Assembly (NCBI GenBank): GCA_042218075.1 | Contig: JBDGRK010000001.1 | Location: 1-17,143, forward strand | From: Candidatus Nanohaloarchaea archaeon | GTDB lineage: Archaea; Nanohalarchaeota; Nanosalinia; Nanosalinales; Nanosalinaceae | Reading direction: 5' to 3' | DNA length: 17,143 bases | Part shown: one piece after another, positions 1 through 8,432 of the stretch | Numbering within the stretch: the first letter of the stretch is position 1 | Layout of the letters: each line of letters starts with the position of its first letter | Translations under genes and position numbers: made by a program | The notes under the pieces: model-generated | Databases searched by the model: none | Seen by the model: only the letters and a program-made list of their open reading frames with translations | Told to the model about the DNA's origin: nothing

Positions 1-1099
1 CCATCCCGGCATTTTTAGCCATTGCAACGGCGTTACCCATCGCCTGTGGAACTGCTTCCGGATTTGACGGTATTCCTACCGCAGAAACCTCCATCAAATC
101 CACGTCGCTGATCTCCATTCCTTCTCCGTCGCCTTCGTCTTTCTCCCTTGGGTCAGCTTCCAATACTCTGAAGCCGACGCTGAATCCAACAGGCATATCC
201 TGCTCCAGAAGATCGACAAGTTCCTTGCTTTTTTCATGATCTTCGCGGAGTCTTGCGGTTCCGATGGTGGTTCCGTTCCGGTTCTGGCCGTCGACGAACT
301 GGCCGAAAATGTCCTCAAATCCGTAATGGGCTTCGCTGTCTCCGACACCGTGGTTCGGAACCAGCGGAACTCTGCCGGTTTTCAACTGGCTGACAATGCT
401 TTCCTGTCCTTTCTCGTTTATGAAGTCGCCGTCACGGTCCTCCTCCAAAGCTTGAATCGGGACGTTTACAACTGTGCCGTCCTCATGGTCCTTTATTACC
501 TCAACATCACTTCCCTTCACCATGAAGTTCTTCCGTTCGATTGCGTCCTTGTTTTCTTCCATTATCTGCCGATGTTCTTCGAATGTTTCCGGATTCATAG
601 CATTAATTTCATCGTCTACAGAACCACTTTCTGCCATGGATAGGCACGCCGCTATCGCCCTGTCACGATCCCATCCCTCGTCAACCTTTTCGGATATACA
701 ATCGCCGACCTCGTCCTCAGAGATGTCTTTCCCGAGGTATCCTGCAATTCTTTCAATCGCCTCCGACCGGCTTTCCGTTTTTTCGTTTAACGGTTCTCTA
801 TCTGGGAACTCTTTCTCTCGAAGATTCTCCAATAGTTCTCGGACTTGTTCGGCGTTGTCTTCGCCTACTGCCTGCTTAGCTAAATCATGGGCCGAGTTCA
901 AGGCTTCGTAGACCAGTTTCAGTTCGCCGTCTTCCTTGTGGGCTACTGGAAGCTCCACGTCTTCTCCTGTTTCAGGGTTGTCGGTGTTCCACCATACGTG
1001 GACTGATGCGAACTCTTGGAAATCCTCAAATTCTGACTGGTCGACACCATCCCAAGAGGTCTCGACTGCGACATCGTAACTGGGTTCGTTTACAGGCAT
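1..1099 (-). CDS. HK97-type prohead (capsid maturation) protease with ~190-aa N-terminal extension; 3' end runs off the window
   Basis: Not in the ORF track. My translation from ATG at 1099 is open to the edge (MPVNEPSYDVAVETSWDG...). It contains DRDGD, PNHG (catalytic His), GFSVGF (catalytic Ser) and LMEVSAVGIPSNPEA, and lies directly downstream of the portal. Confidence 0.92.
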   Translation of the reverse strand, partial: MPVNEPSYDVAVETSWDGVDQSEFEDFQEFASVHVWWNTDNPETGEDVELPVAHKEDGELKLVYEALNSAHDLAKQAVGEDNAEQVRELLENLREKEFPDREPLNEKTESRSEAIERIAGYLGKDISEDEVGDCISEKVDEGWDRDRAIAACLSMAESGSVDDEINAMNPETFEEHRQIMEENKDAIERKNFMVKGSDVEVIKDHEDGTVVNVPIQALEEDRDGDFINEKGQESIVSQLKTGRVPLVPNHGVGDSEAHYGFEDIFGQFVDGQNRNGTTIGTARLREDHEKSKELVDLLEQDMPVGFSVGFRVLEADPREKDEGDGEGMEISDVDLMEVSAVGIPSNPEAVPQAMGNAVAMAKNAGM

Positions 1100-1121
1100 T
1101 AACGTAGGTAATGAACGGGTT

Positions 1122-1131
1122 GATTAAAAGT
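1122..1131 (-). promoter_or_regulatory. Putative archaeal TATA box for the protease gene (leaderless spacing)
   Basis: Minus-strand CTTTTAA lies 25-31 nt upstream of ATG 1099 in a 60-bp intergenic gap. The same heptamer precedes the portal gene. Confidence 0.5.
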
Positions 1132-1159
1132 ACATCTCAGAGAATCCGGTTAAACACGT

Positions 1160-3784
1160 TTATTCCGTCCACTTGTAGACCGTGGTCTTCGACATTCCGA
1201 ACTCTTCCGCTATCTCACTTTTCGACTTCTCCTCGGTCACTTTCTTCCAGAACTCGTGAAAATTGTTGTAGTCTTTTCCGTGTTTCATCCATATCTCGAA
1301 CTGTCTCTCAGTTATATCAAGGTCAAGCTCCACGTTGTCGTAATCCTTGCTTAAAGTTCTTGGATCGTCCGGCATATCCTCATTCAATACAGGGGCCTGG
1401 CTGCAGCGACAATTATACGGTTGGTCCTCCCCAACCACTCTGACACTTCTCGGATAATCGTTCGGCTGGTCATCGCTTCCTACGTTCGGAACCGTGAAAA
1501 GATTGTCCTTCGGCACAATTGTTCCGTCCATTGCGTCATGCCATTTTCTCGTTCTTGCGTCATCGGTTGCTAACCATTCCTTACCTTCCACAAGATCGGT
1601 TGATTCTGCAAGTGCCTGACTGCCTTTCCTCGAACTTTGAAGTGTCTCGGTTCTAGCCACGAGCTCGGCGTTGCTGTCGCTGATGGAGTCAACCGTTTTC
1701 TTCACCCTGTCCTTTATCTTCGGTATGCCCTCGCCTTTTGATGCGCCTTCCAAAATCGTGTTCTTCAAACGGTCCTTGATCGTGTCCTCTATCGTGGTCG
1801 CTGACTGCACAGCCTCCTGACGTATCATGTCAGCGGTAAAGGTGTCGAAAATATCGAAGCTTATCTCCAGTTTAGCTTCCTCCGGTAACGCCAGTTTTTC
1901 CTCGGCTTCCTGCTCGACCTCTTGTTCATGATGCTCAGCCGACATCTCCAAAGCTTCAAGATTATTCGACTCCAAAATGCTTGCCAGTCTGTCCCTGAAG
2001 GAAATATTTTCAACTATATCATCGGCGTTCACCAGGATTCCGTTTTCCTGGCTTTCATCAGGGAAGTTTTCCTCCAGTTCTTGGTTGATGTTGATGCTGG
2101 AGAATACGTCTACAACCTGTTGCTTCAGTTCATTTTTATGTTCCACTATTCCAGGCACATCGTTGAATCCTCTCTGGTTTCTGAGGGCGTCCTTCGTATC
2201 CTGTAAAACTTTTTCCTTGTACTGAAATGCGTCCCTGTAATCATTGATTGTTGAAGGGGTTCCCGTCCCCCCTTCATCTTTTCCCACTCCATCTTCCGAG
2301 TCATCGTCGTCTTCATGTGAGGCGAACAATCCTCCGCCACTGCCTCCGTCACCGCTTGGAACATCTTCAAGATCCGTTAACTGCTCAATGACGTAGCTCG
2401 GATTGTTCCTGGCGTATTCCTCAAAAGCTGTCTGCGGCGCATCACCGATGTCTCCAAACGGTTCCTTGCCTTTCCTCTCCCTTGCCTCGTTCAACGTGAT
2501 GGTTCCGTTCTGCAGTTCCTGTTCGATTATACTGTTTTGAATGCTCTCCATGAACTTGTTCTGAGGCTTGAACTCGAACTGTAGATCGCCGTCCACCGCC
2601 TTGTATTCCGACATCTTCGGCAGTATTTCGTTGTTAATCCTTCTCTCAATCATCGTCAGAAGAGGTTCCGTGGTCTGGCGGAATATCTTACGCTTCGCAT
2701 CATCGCTGATTCCTTTGTTTGCATTCTCCAAGAACCCAGCCTCAACATCGTTCAGTCCGTAGGCATTAATAACCAGTCTTGTGTACCATTTCTGGCTTTC
2801 AAGGAACTGCATTTTCTCCGGCTCCGGATCAATACTGACGTATTCAACGTTATCCGCCGTTCCGACGACAGGGAGTTCGTGCTCGTTTCCGGCAGAGTCC
2901 TTAAACCTGCGTTTTAAAGCCTTTTTATCGTCCTGGTTCATTGAAGAGTCAACGGCCAGCATCCCTTTATGGAACTCGTTATCAAGGAAGAACCTGTTTC
3001 TGTGCGTGTCGCCGTTGATCATTATCTCGGCGGCGTTCTTCACTTTCTGAGTCTTTCCGAAACCGTAGGCCTGATAACTGACAGGGCTATTCTCGAACCA
3101 GACGATCTGCGACCGGCTGAACTCTTTTGTCTCCCGGCTGAACAGTTTCGTAAACGGCAGACTGTGCAGCTGGTCCTGTAAATCCCTTATGTCAATGCCT
3201 TGCTGATGCCGGTTAAACATGTTTTTGACGTGACTGGCAAGGCTGAACTGATAGTAAGCCGGTTGTTCGGAGTCCTCCGAGGGCAACAGTCCGGCGTCGG
3301 TCAGGTTTTTCGTAAAAGTCAGGCCGTCCCTCGGAATTATCTGCTCCAGATCTCCGTTTTCGTTGCCGACAAGTTCCAATATTCCGGAATCAAAATCAAG
3401 TAAGTCGTCCAAAATAATTGTGATGAGATCGTCGAAACTCATCGGATCGGTGTTGAAGTTCCCGGAGAAAAATTCCTCGACCTGTTTAGCTGCCTCGACC
3501 TGTTCAGGATCCGGTTCCTCGTCCTCCTCCGTCACAGGTTTGACATGGTAATCGGTGGAGGCCACCTGGTTCTTGATGATGTCCTTCAACCACTGTATCT
3601 GAGTGGTCTGGCCGAGAACGCGGACCGCAAAAAGGTCGTCGTTGCGTGGCACTCCATTAATGGTTTCGTTGAAGAAGATTGAGGAGCGTTCGCCGATGAT
3701 GTCGGTGCTTGGTGATCCTCCGATTCCGATCACTCTGTCGGATTCACTCTTCGTCTGATTCAATGCTATAATGTCTCCGGCCAT
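1160..3784 (-). CDS. Portal protein fused to a MuF/SPP1 gp7-like minor head protein and a C-terminal HTH
   Basis: The N-terminal ~450 aa are portal-like (YGFGK, RFFLDN, MQFLESQKW...INAYGL, EPLLTMIERRIN, GTITLNEARERKG). A Gly/Asp linker follows, then MuF motifs (VARTET, KEWLATDDARTRKWHDAMDG, PYNCRC) and a terminal HTH (KSKSEIAEEFGMSKTTVYKW). Confidence 0.92.
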   Translation of the reverse strand: MAGDIIALNQTKSESDRVIGIGGSPSTDIIGERSSIFFNETINGVPRNDDLFAVRVLGQTTQIQWLKDIIKNQVASTDYHVKPVTEEDEEPDPEQVEAAKQVEEFFSGNFNTDPMSFDDLITIILDDLLDFDSGILELVGNENGDLEQIIPRDGLTFTKNLTDAGLLPSEDSEQPAYYQFSLASHVKNMFNRHQQGIDIRDLQDQLHSLPFTKLFSRETKEFSRSQIVWFENSPVSYQAYGFGKTQKVKNAAEIMINGDTHRNRFFLDNEFHKGMLAVDSSMNQDDKKALKRRFKDSAGNEHELPVVGTADNVEYVSIDPEPEKMQFLESQKWYTRLVINAYGLNDVEAGFLENANKGISDDAKRKIFRQTTEPLLTMIERRINNEILPKMSEYKAVDGDLQFEFKPQNKFMESIQNSIIEQELQNGTITLNEARERKGKEPFGDIGDAPQTAFEEYARNNPSYVIEQLTDLEDVPSGDGGSGGGLFASHEDDDDSEDGVGKDEGGTGTPSTINDYRDAFQYKEKVLQDTKDALRNQRGFNDVPGIVEHKNELKQQVVDVFSSININQELEENFPDESQENGILVNADDIVENISFRDRLASILESNNLEALEMSAEHHEQEVEQEAEEKLALPEEAKLEISFDIFDTFTADMIRQEAVQSATTIEDTIKDRLKNTILEGASKGEGIPKIKDRVKKTVDSISDSNAELVARTETLQSSRKGSQALAESTDLVEGKEWLATDDARTRKWHDAMDGTIVPKDNLFTVPNVGSDDQPNDYPRSVRVVGEDQPYNCRCSQAPVLNEDMPDDPRTLSKDYDNVELDLDITERQFEIWMKHGKDYNNFHEFWKKVTEEKSKSEIAEEFGMSKTTVYKWTE

Positions 3785-3812
3785 CGTTCAGTATTGAATT
3801 GACAGGTGTACG

Positions 3813-3822
3813 CCTTAAAAGA
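3813..3822 (-). promoter_or_regulatory. Putative TATA box for the portal gene
   Basis: Minus-strand CTTTTAAG lies about 30-37 nt upstream of ATG 3784. Confidence 0.45.
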
Positions 3823-3827
3823 TTGCC

Positions 3828-4199
3828 TTAATCCAGCCACGGCTTGACTCTTTCACGGACCTCGGACGGATCCATCTTATCAATTCCCTGAAGATCGTTC
3901 CTGACAAAAATCAAAGACTGTGGGTCGTGACCGTACTTCTTAACGAATTCGGACTTCACCTTGTTGGCGAACTCCACCGTCTGCCTGTCAGTCATATCGA
4001 CCTGAACAAATACGCAGGTCTCCGGACTGTCATTTATTTCATGGACGAACTTTACAGGATCAAGGTCCACTTCGAGGATTTCCGCGATCTCCTTCACCAG
4101 TGCCTTGTCATCCTTGATGTCGTAACGATGCTTCAAGACCTCGACCGGGGAAACTCCGAGTTTTTCCAGTATCCGGGAGGCGAATCCTGTCCGATTCAT
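3828..4199 (-). CDS. Hypothetical protein (123 aa) between terminase and portal
   Basis: ATGA overlap with the terminase stop and a GGAGGTGA RBS upstream. It fills the gap, but I recognise no family. Confidence 0.8.
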   Translation of the reverse strand: MNRTGFASRILEKLGVSPVEVLKHRYDIKDDKALVKEIAEILEVDLDPVKFVHEINDSPETCVFVQVDMTDRQTVEFANKVKSEFVKKYGHDPQSLIFVRNDLQGIDKMDPSEVRERVKPWLD

Positions 4200-5626
4200 A
4201 GAATCCAGGACTCACCTCCGCTGTAGACCGCCATCATTAGGCTGTCGGCGAAGTCAGGTGAACCGGAGTCAGGATCCTTGACCTCGACACGGTCTCGGCT
4301 GCGTCTCCTCGTCTTCAAATGAGTTAACTGGTTGACAAGTTTTCCGCAAATACTAGTACTTATTTCGATGTCGCCGTCCTGGAACACGTCACGGAGCTTG
4401 AAGAAGTTCCGAGCCTTCTTGTTTTGAAATCGGTCTCCCTCCGACTCCGGTCTTTCACCGGCCTTGAACTTGACAGGATTAATGGCTTTCTCGTTTAACT
4501 TGCTCCAGACCCCGGCTCCGACACCGACGTAGTCCACGACCACTCGGTCAATCTCCGACTGCTCATCGTTTTCCAGCATACAGTTCTCCGCCCAGTCCGC
4601 AGTCCTTCCTGTGTCACCGCTGTCGGATAAAACGTACTGATGCGTCAAACGGTAATTCCCGTCTTCCTCCTCCAACCTCGTCAATACAGTTTTGTCACGT
4701 CCTTCGTCCGCCACGTCCAGTCCGTAGTAAATATTCGGAAAATCGAAGTCGAACTGTTTCTCCTTCGCAGCCTCCACCCAAGAATGCCTGATCAACGCGT
4801 TTTCTATCTGGTCCGGGAACTCCGCTTTGTAAAGAACCTTGTATTCGAGAGTGTCCCGGCCTCCGAGCTCCCGAGCCTTTTCATCAAACCATTCCCTGCT
4901 ATGCCGGCCCTCCTCAATTCCATCCTTCTCCGTGACGTGGTATTTCTTGAACTCGCTGCTGTTCCAGTGCCTGTAGAACTGGTTGTCTTTGTGCCACGGA
5001 TTCCCGAGCTCGATTAATACGGAGTCAATTTTTTCGAGAAGTCGGTTGGCGTAGCTTTTCCATGTCTGGTGGTCAATCTGCGTGGATTCTTCCAGTATCA
5101 GGATGTCGAATCCTTCTCCCATCAGTCCGGATCCTTGTCCGCTTCCGGCTTGGTCTCCGTGGCTTGAACTGGACTGCGCTGAAAGACATTTTAGTTCAAT
5201 GCTTCCATCGCAGAACGTCATTTCATCGCCACGGGATTTTTTCAGCAAGTCTTCCGGATCTCGGCCTCCGCTGCTGTCCACCATCTCGGTGAACATCGGA
5301 CTGTTGAGACCGGCTTTAAGCATGTCCTTCCGTAGACGTGTGGCATCCGATTTCTGTGCTCCAAGTATTCCGACACGGAGATCTTTGTCGTTGTTAAATA
5401 TCAGGTAGAGTGCGAGCCCGATCCCGACGCTGTAAGTCTTCCCGTAACGAGTGTAAGTATTCAGGATGAGTCTTCGCTGTTTTTTGAAGGCGATGTCTTT
5501 CACGATCTCCGCTTGCGTCGGGTAGAGATCAATGTCGAATAATGCACTGGCAAGTGTTTCCACGTCCTCGTTGTAGACCGCGTATCTGATTGGGTCCTCT
5601 TGTGGAGATAATGTCTCGGCTGTCAT
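4196..5626 (-). CDS. terL: Terminase large subunit
   Basis: Q motif (LYPTQAEI), Walker A (TRYGKT), Walker B (ILILEES), coupling motif (LGNP), and RNase H-like nuclease motifs (YGLDVADEGRDKT, VVDYVGVGAGV, SPDFADSL). Confidence 0.95.
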   Translation of the reverse strand: MTAETLSPQEDPIRYAVYNEDVETLASALFDIDLYPTQAEIVKDIAFKKQRRLILNTYTRYGKTYSVGIGLALYLIFNNDKDLRVGILGAQKSDATRLRKDMLKAGLNSPMFTEMVDSSGGRDPEDLLKKSRGDEMTFCDGSIELKCLSAQSSSSHGDQAGSGQGSGLMGEGFDILILEESTQIDHQTWKSYANRLLEKIDSVLIELGNPWHKDNQFYRHWNSSEFKKYHVTEKDGIEEGRHSREWFDEKARELGGRDTLEYKVLYKAEFPDQIENALIRHSWVEAAKEKQFDFDFPNIYYGLDVADEGRDKTVLTRLEEEDGNYRLTHQYVLSDSGDTGRTADWAENCMLENDEQSEIDRVVVDYVGVGAGVWSKLNEKAINPVKFKAGERPESEGDRFQNKKARNFFKLRDVFQDGDIEISTSICGKLVNQLTHLKTRRRSRDRVEVKDPDSGSPDFADSLMMAVYSGGESWIL

Positions 5627-5862
5627 TCCAGCTCTTTGTTGACAAGTTCTTCGGCTTGGGAAATTTTTCCATTGTTGAGAAGTCGGGAGACTTTCGTCGC
5701 TTGCTTGTTGCTGAATCTGGAGTCGTTTCTCATTGAGTCGTACAGTCCGCCCTGAACGATGCTGTAGTACGGATCGTTTTCTTCCGCTTCCTTGAGTTCG
5801 CTGAAGTATTTGTCAGGGAATTGGTAATTTTCTATGTCTTGGAGTGGTGTTTCTTCTGTCAT
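5623..5862 (-). CDS. Hypothetical protein (79 aa)
   Basis: ATGA overlaps with both neighbours; acidic composition. Confidence 0.75.
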   Translation of the reverse strand: MTEETPLQDIENYQFPDKYFSELKEAEENDPYYSIVQGGLYDSMRNDSRFSNKQATKVSRLLNNGKISQAEELVNKELE

Positions 5863-6113
5863 CTGAATGCACCTGCTGGTAAAGCATTCTCCACAGCTTC
5901 CCGGACTTCATCCTGGCTTATAGAATCTTTATAACTTTCTTGCTGTATATCCTCAATCGCCTGCATCAAATCCTCATTAGTTATAGAATCCTTATAACCA
6001 TATTCGTCTTCAGCCCAGTTCTTCAGTCTTTCATAATCGTTCGATCCTGCGAAACCCTCCCTCAGCATATCCGCAAACTTTCTAGGAACGGCCAATGTCG
6101 TGGTTTCCGGCAT
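5859..6113 (-). CDS. Small protein, possibly ribbon-helix-helix at the N-terminus (84 aa)
   Basis: TTTLAVPRKFADML fits a strand-then-helix pattern. It has its own TATA box upstream and is coupled to the next ORF. Confidence 0.65.
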   Translation of the reverse strand: MPETTTLAVPRKFADMLREGFAGSNDYERLKNWAEDEYGYKDSITNEDLMQAIEDIQQESYKDSISQDEVREAVENALPAGAFR

Positions 6114-6134
6114 ATACTATTATATTATAAGAAA

Positions 6135-6150
6135 GTTATAAATTTGTTTT
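6135..6150 (-). promoter_or_regulatory. Archaeal BRE/TATA promoter (leaderless) for the 84-aa gene and probably terL
   Basis: Minus-strand AAAACAAATTTATAAC, with the TATA 23-30 nt upstream of ATG 6113 in an AT-rich gap. Confidence 0.65.
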
Positions 6151-6291
6151 TCATACTTGCTCCATCCTGATGATACTGTAGTCATCAATATATCCGCAAT
6201 AGGCACATCTGACAGTGATGAAATCCAGATCATCAAGCTTGTTAACACGAAGATCTATTACCCGGCCACAGTCCTTGCAGGGAAACCTCAA
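6151..6291 (-). CDS. Zinc-ribbon microprotein (46 aa)
   Basis: My translation: MRFPCKDCGRVIDLRVNKLDDLDFITVRCAYCGYIDDYSIIRMEQV. Two CxxCG motifs; the TTG start overlaps the upstream TGA. Confidence 0.75.
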   Translation of the reverse strand: MRFPCKDCGRVIDLRVNKLDDLDFITVRCAYCGYIDDYSIIRMEQV

Positions 6292-6527
6292 TCTTCTCGT
6301 TCCACCCTGTAACGAGGCAGTTCAACATCAGTGAACCATTTCCAGGCAGCATCCTCCTCCAAATCATACCGGAAGAAAAACGGACTCGCCAAAAAATCAA
6401 CCACTGTTAACAAAACGTAACACAGGTAATAATCCAGCTTTCTCAAAACGTAGAGCGGCAAGTTGTAGAACTTGACAAGGTAGGAATCGAACGGATCCTC
6501 AGAACCGTATTTACTCCTGCTGGACAT
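6288..6527 (-). CDS. Hypothetical aromatic/hydrophobic protein (79 aa)
   Basis: Short overlap with the terS end; hydrophobic core YYLCYVLLTVVDFLASPFFF. Confidence 0.6.
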   Translation of the reverse strand: MSSRSKYGSEDPFDSYLVKFYNLPLYVLRKLDYYLCYVLLTVVDFLASPFFFRYDLEEDAAWKWFTDVELPRYRVERED

Positions 6528-6999
6528 TTTGCTGTTCTTCCTCCATCTTCTCCCTGTACGCTTCCGCCAGTTTGTCCTTTAGATTAGTGTCAGTATTTCT
6601 ATCCTCGTGCTCCTTCCGCTCCTTCGGCTTATCAAATAATCCGATCTCCTGCATCATAAAGATAAAATCTTTAACAGTTTGACGCTCCTCTTTAGCGCTT
6701 CTAAGATAAGCGTTCGGATCCACTTCCGGATGGCTGATAGCTTTGCTGATATAGTTTTTCGAGTTTTGTTTAGCGTCTTTGATTTCCTGCATGACTTGGA
6801 AACGCATGAACTCTATTTCCTCAGGGTCAAATATCTGTTTGAATTCTTGTTTCTCCTTCTCCGAGAAATAGCTTTCGACGGTGCTTATAGACCGGTTGAT
6901 TCGATTGGCTATTGTCTCGTTGTCAAGGTCTTGCTTATAACGCATCCGGTATGCTTTCAACTTCTTTTTGTCTTTTGGAGATAGGGTTTTCGTGGTCAT
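6511..6999 (-). CDS. terS: Probable terminase small subunit
   Basis: N-terminal HTH (LDNETIANRINRSISTVESY), a helical middle and a EIGLFDKP turn. Size is 162 aa and it sits upstream of terL. Confidence 0.65.
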   Translation of the reverse strand: MTTKTLSPKDKKKLKAYRMRYKQDLDNETIANRINRSISTVESYFSEKEKQEFKQIFDPEEIEFMRFQVMQEIKDAKQNSKNYISKAISHPEVDPNAYLRSAKEERQTVKDFIFMMQEIGLFDKPKERKEHEDRNTDTNLKDKLAEAYREKMEEEQQNVQQE

Positions 7000-7018
7000 G
7001 TGTTGCAGTTTTCTGCGT

Positions 7019-7032
7019 CTTTTTAAATAAAT
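7019..7032 (-). promoter_or_regulatory. Putative TATA box for terS
   Basis: Minus-strand TTTATTTAAAAA lies 21-32 nt upstream of ATG 6999. Confidence 0.55.
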
Positions 7033-7033
7033 C

Positions 7034-7117
7034 TTATGTTGGGAAAAGAATTTGGTTGGCTATAATCATGTAAAGTTTGGAGGCGAACATTGCCTGTGTT
7101 CCGGCTTCTATCATCAT
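7034..7117 (-). CDS. Possible micropeptide (27 aa)
   Basis: MMIEAGTQAMFASKLYMIIANQILFPT fills the gap after the 110-aa ORF. No motif support. Confidence 0.3.
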   Translation of the reverse strand: MMIEAGTQAMFASKLYMIIANQILFPT

Positions 7118-7121
7118 TTCG

Positions 7122-7454
7122 TCAGTCCATTCCATCTTTTTTCACCCATAAATCGTCGGTTTCCACAGGTTTAATAACTAGTTCCCCGTCTTTGATTTCT
7201 GTAACGTATTTTTTCGGTAGTTCGTCTTCAATATCTAGTTCTTGCAGTTCTCTTTGTTTGATGTGGATCTGTGCTCCGCCGTTTGCGTGCTGGCTGATTG
7301 AACGGGTTTTCTGTATTCCAAGGTCTCTGATTCTCTGGCTGAGGCTTTGGTTTGGGTAGCCGTAGCCGTGTTCGTAGCTGATTTGTTTGAAGGTTTTCTG
7401 TTTTTCCAGTAATTCTTTTTCAAGTTGTTCGTCTGTTAGTTTCTGCTCTGTCAT
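7122..7454 (-). CDS. Putative DNA-binding protein: HTH plus AbrB/MazE-like domain (110 aa)
   Basis: The N half (KTFKQISYEHG...SLSQRIRDLGI) is HTH-like. The C half (RSISQHANGGAQIHIKQRELQELDI...EIKDGELVIKPV) matches the swapped-hairpin pattern. Confidence 0.65.
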   Translation of the reverse strand: MTEQKLTDEQLEKELLEKQKTFKQISYEHGYGYPNQSLSQRIRDLGIQKTRSISQHANGGAQIHIKQRELQELDIEDELPKKYVTEIKDGELVIKPVETDDLWVKKDGMD

Positions 7455-7457
7455 AGA

Positions 7458-7565
7458 TTATCCTTTAGTTTTGCCTTCCTTGTCTTGTTTTCCACAGTCA
7501 TTGCAGAGATCGTCATGGCTTACCTGCGGATATTCAAGCGGGTTTCCGCATCTGGCACAAGTCAT
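7458..7565 (-). CDS. Zinc-finger microprotein (35 aa)
   Basis: My translation: MTCARCGNPLEYPQVSHDDLCNDCGKQDKEGKTKG. Two CxxCG motifs; GAGGT upstream. Confidence 0.72.
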   Translation of the reverse strand: MTCARCGNPLEYPQVSHDDLCNDCGKQDKEGKTKG

Positions 7566-7728
7566 TCGGCATCAGACCTCTGCATTTCTGATGGACGTGC
7601 CTAAACTCTCCCATGTCTCGTATCTCCGGCATCTGATCTGCACGCTTGATGAATTTGCAACGGGCGATCTCGTAGATGATGTCGCCGTCTTCGAATTCTT
7701 CTCCGCACTGGTAGCATCGTTCTGCCAC
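7534..7728 (-). CDS. Zinc-finger small protein (64 aa)
   Basis: CYQCG...HQKC; the GTG start overlaps the upstream TAG. Confidence 0.72.
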   Translation of the reverse strand: MAERCYQCGEEFEDGDIIYEIARCKFIKRADQMPEIRDMGEFRHVHQKCRGLMPNDLCQMRKPA

Positions 7729-8054
7729 TACTGATTCTCACCGTCCGCAGTTTTCTCCCTGACACCTGATGATCGAAGAAGTTGGATTATCTCTTGCTCT
7801 ATCTCTTGTCGCTGCCTCCTCAATTCCAGAAATTTCTCGGCCTTTTCCGTTGCTCGGAATGTATTCGTTAAATGACCAGAAGGGACTTCTTCTGGTTCGG
7901 CTTTCTCAAGCAGCCCTGCATTTTTCATCAGGTAGATGTAATTGCTGATTGACTGCTTCCCCTTGTCTAAATCAAGAGCGATCCCTGCACGGGTCTTAGC
8001 TTCACTTTCGGTCGTCTCTATTATTTCCTTTGCAAGATCCGATTCGACCAGCAT
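7728..8054 (-). CDS. Winged-HTH (ArsR/MarR-like) protein with C-terminal coiled coil (~108 aa)
   Basis: KTRAGIALDLDKGKQSISNYIYLMKNAGLL...FRATEKAEKFL. I moved the start from 8159 to ATG 8054 because it follows the stop of the 61-aa Zn ORF and a GGAGGTGAT site. Confidence 0.72.
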   Translation of the reverse strand: MLVESDLAKEIIETTESEAKTRAGIALDLDKGKQSISNYIYLMKNAGLLEKAEPEEVPSGHLTNTFRATEKAEKFLELRRQRQEIEQEIIQLLRSSGVREKTADGENQ

Positions 8055-8055
8055 C

Positions 8056-8241
8056 TCAAGTTGGATTACTATCACCTCCCTGAGTTTTCCGTGTGGAGAC
8101 TGGAATTGGTTTTCCAACTTCCTCTTCTGTCCAAGGCGAATAGCAGTTTTCGCAGACAAAATCCCAGTGTTCTTCGTCAGATTCTCTTAGACCGGTTCTG
8201 GTCGTTGAATGGCAGCTAGGACATTTGAAAACAGAAGTCAC
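8056..8241 (-). CDS. Zinc-ribbon small protein (61 aa)
   Basis: CPSC...CENC; GTGA overlap with the upstream stop. Confidence 0.75.
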   Translation of the reverse strand: MTSVFKCPSCHSTTRTGLRESDEEHWDFVCENCYSPWTEEEVGKPIPVSTRKTQGGDSNPT

Positions 8242-8432
8242 TGATTATCGACCTCCTCTTTCAAACACTGTTCGCACAGGTAATCATATCCGTTTACCTC
8301 GCCAGTTACAACGCTGTCTTTCACTTGGCCGCACTTCTGACAGTGTTGATCTTCAGGAACACTATTTTCCCTGGATAAATCATCTTTCAATTCTTTTCTA
8401 TCTGCTTTGCTCATGCCAGACATAGGATTCAC
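8238..8432 (-). CDS. Zinc-finger small protein (64 aa)
   Basis: CQKCG...LCEQC; GTGA overlaps at both ends. Confidence 0.78.
   Translation of the reverse strand: MNPMSGMSKADRKELKDDLSRENSVPEDQHCQKCGQVKDSVVTGEVNGYDYLCEQCLKEEVDNQ

Noticed and set aside
5085-5110. Walker B of TerL reads LEES rather than DE
   Set aside because: EE-type Walker B motifs occur in other terminase families and all other motifs are intact, so this is not evidence of inactivation.
5130-5180. SSSSHGDQAGSGQGSG insertion in TerL as a possible intein or intron remnant
   Set aside because: It is short and in frame with no intein terminal motifs; most likely a flexible loop.
7728-8159. Track start at 8159 for the 143-aa ORF
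   Set aside because: It would overlap the convincing 61-aa Zn-ribbon gene by about 100 nt. ATG 8054 fits better.
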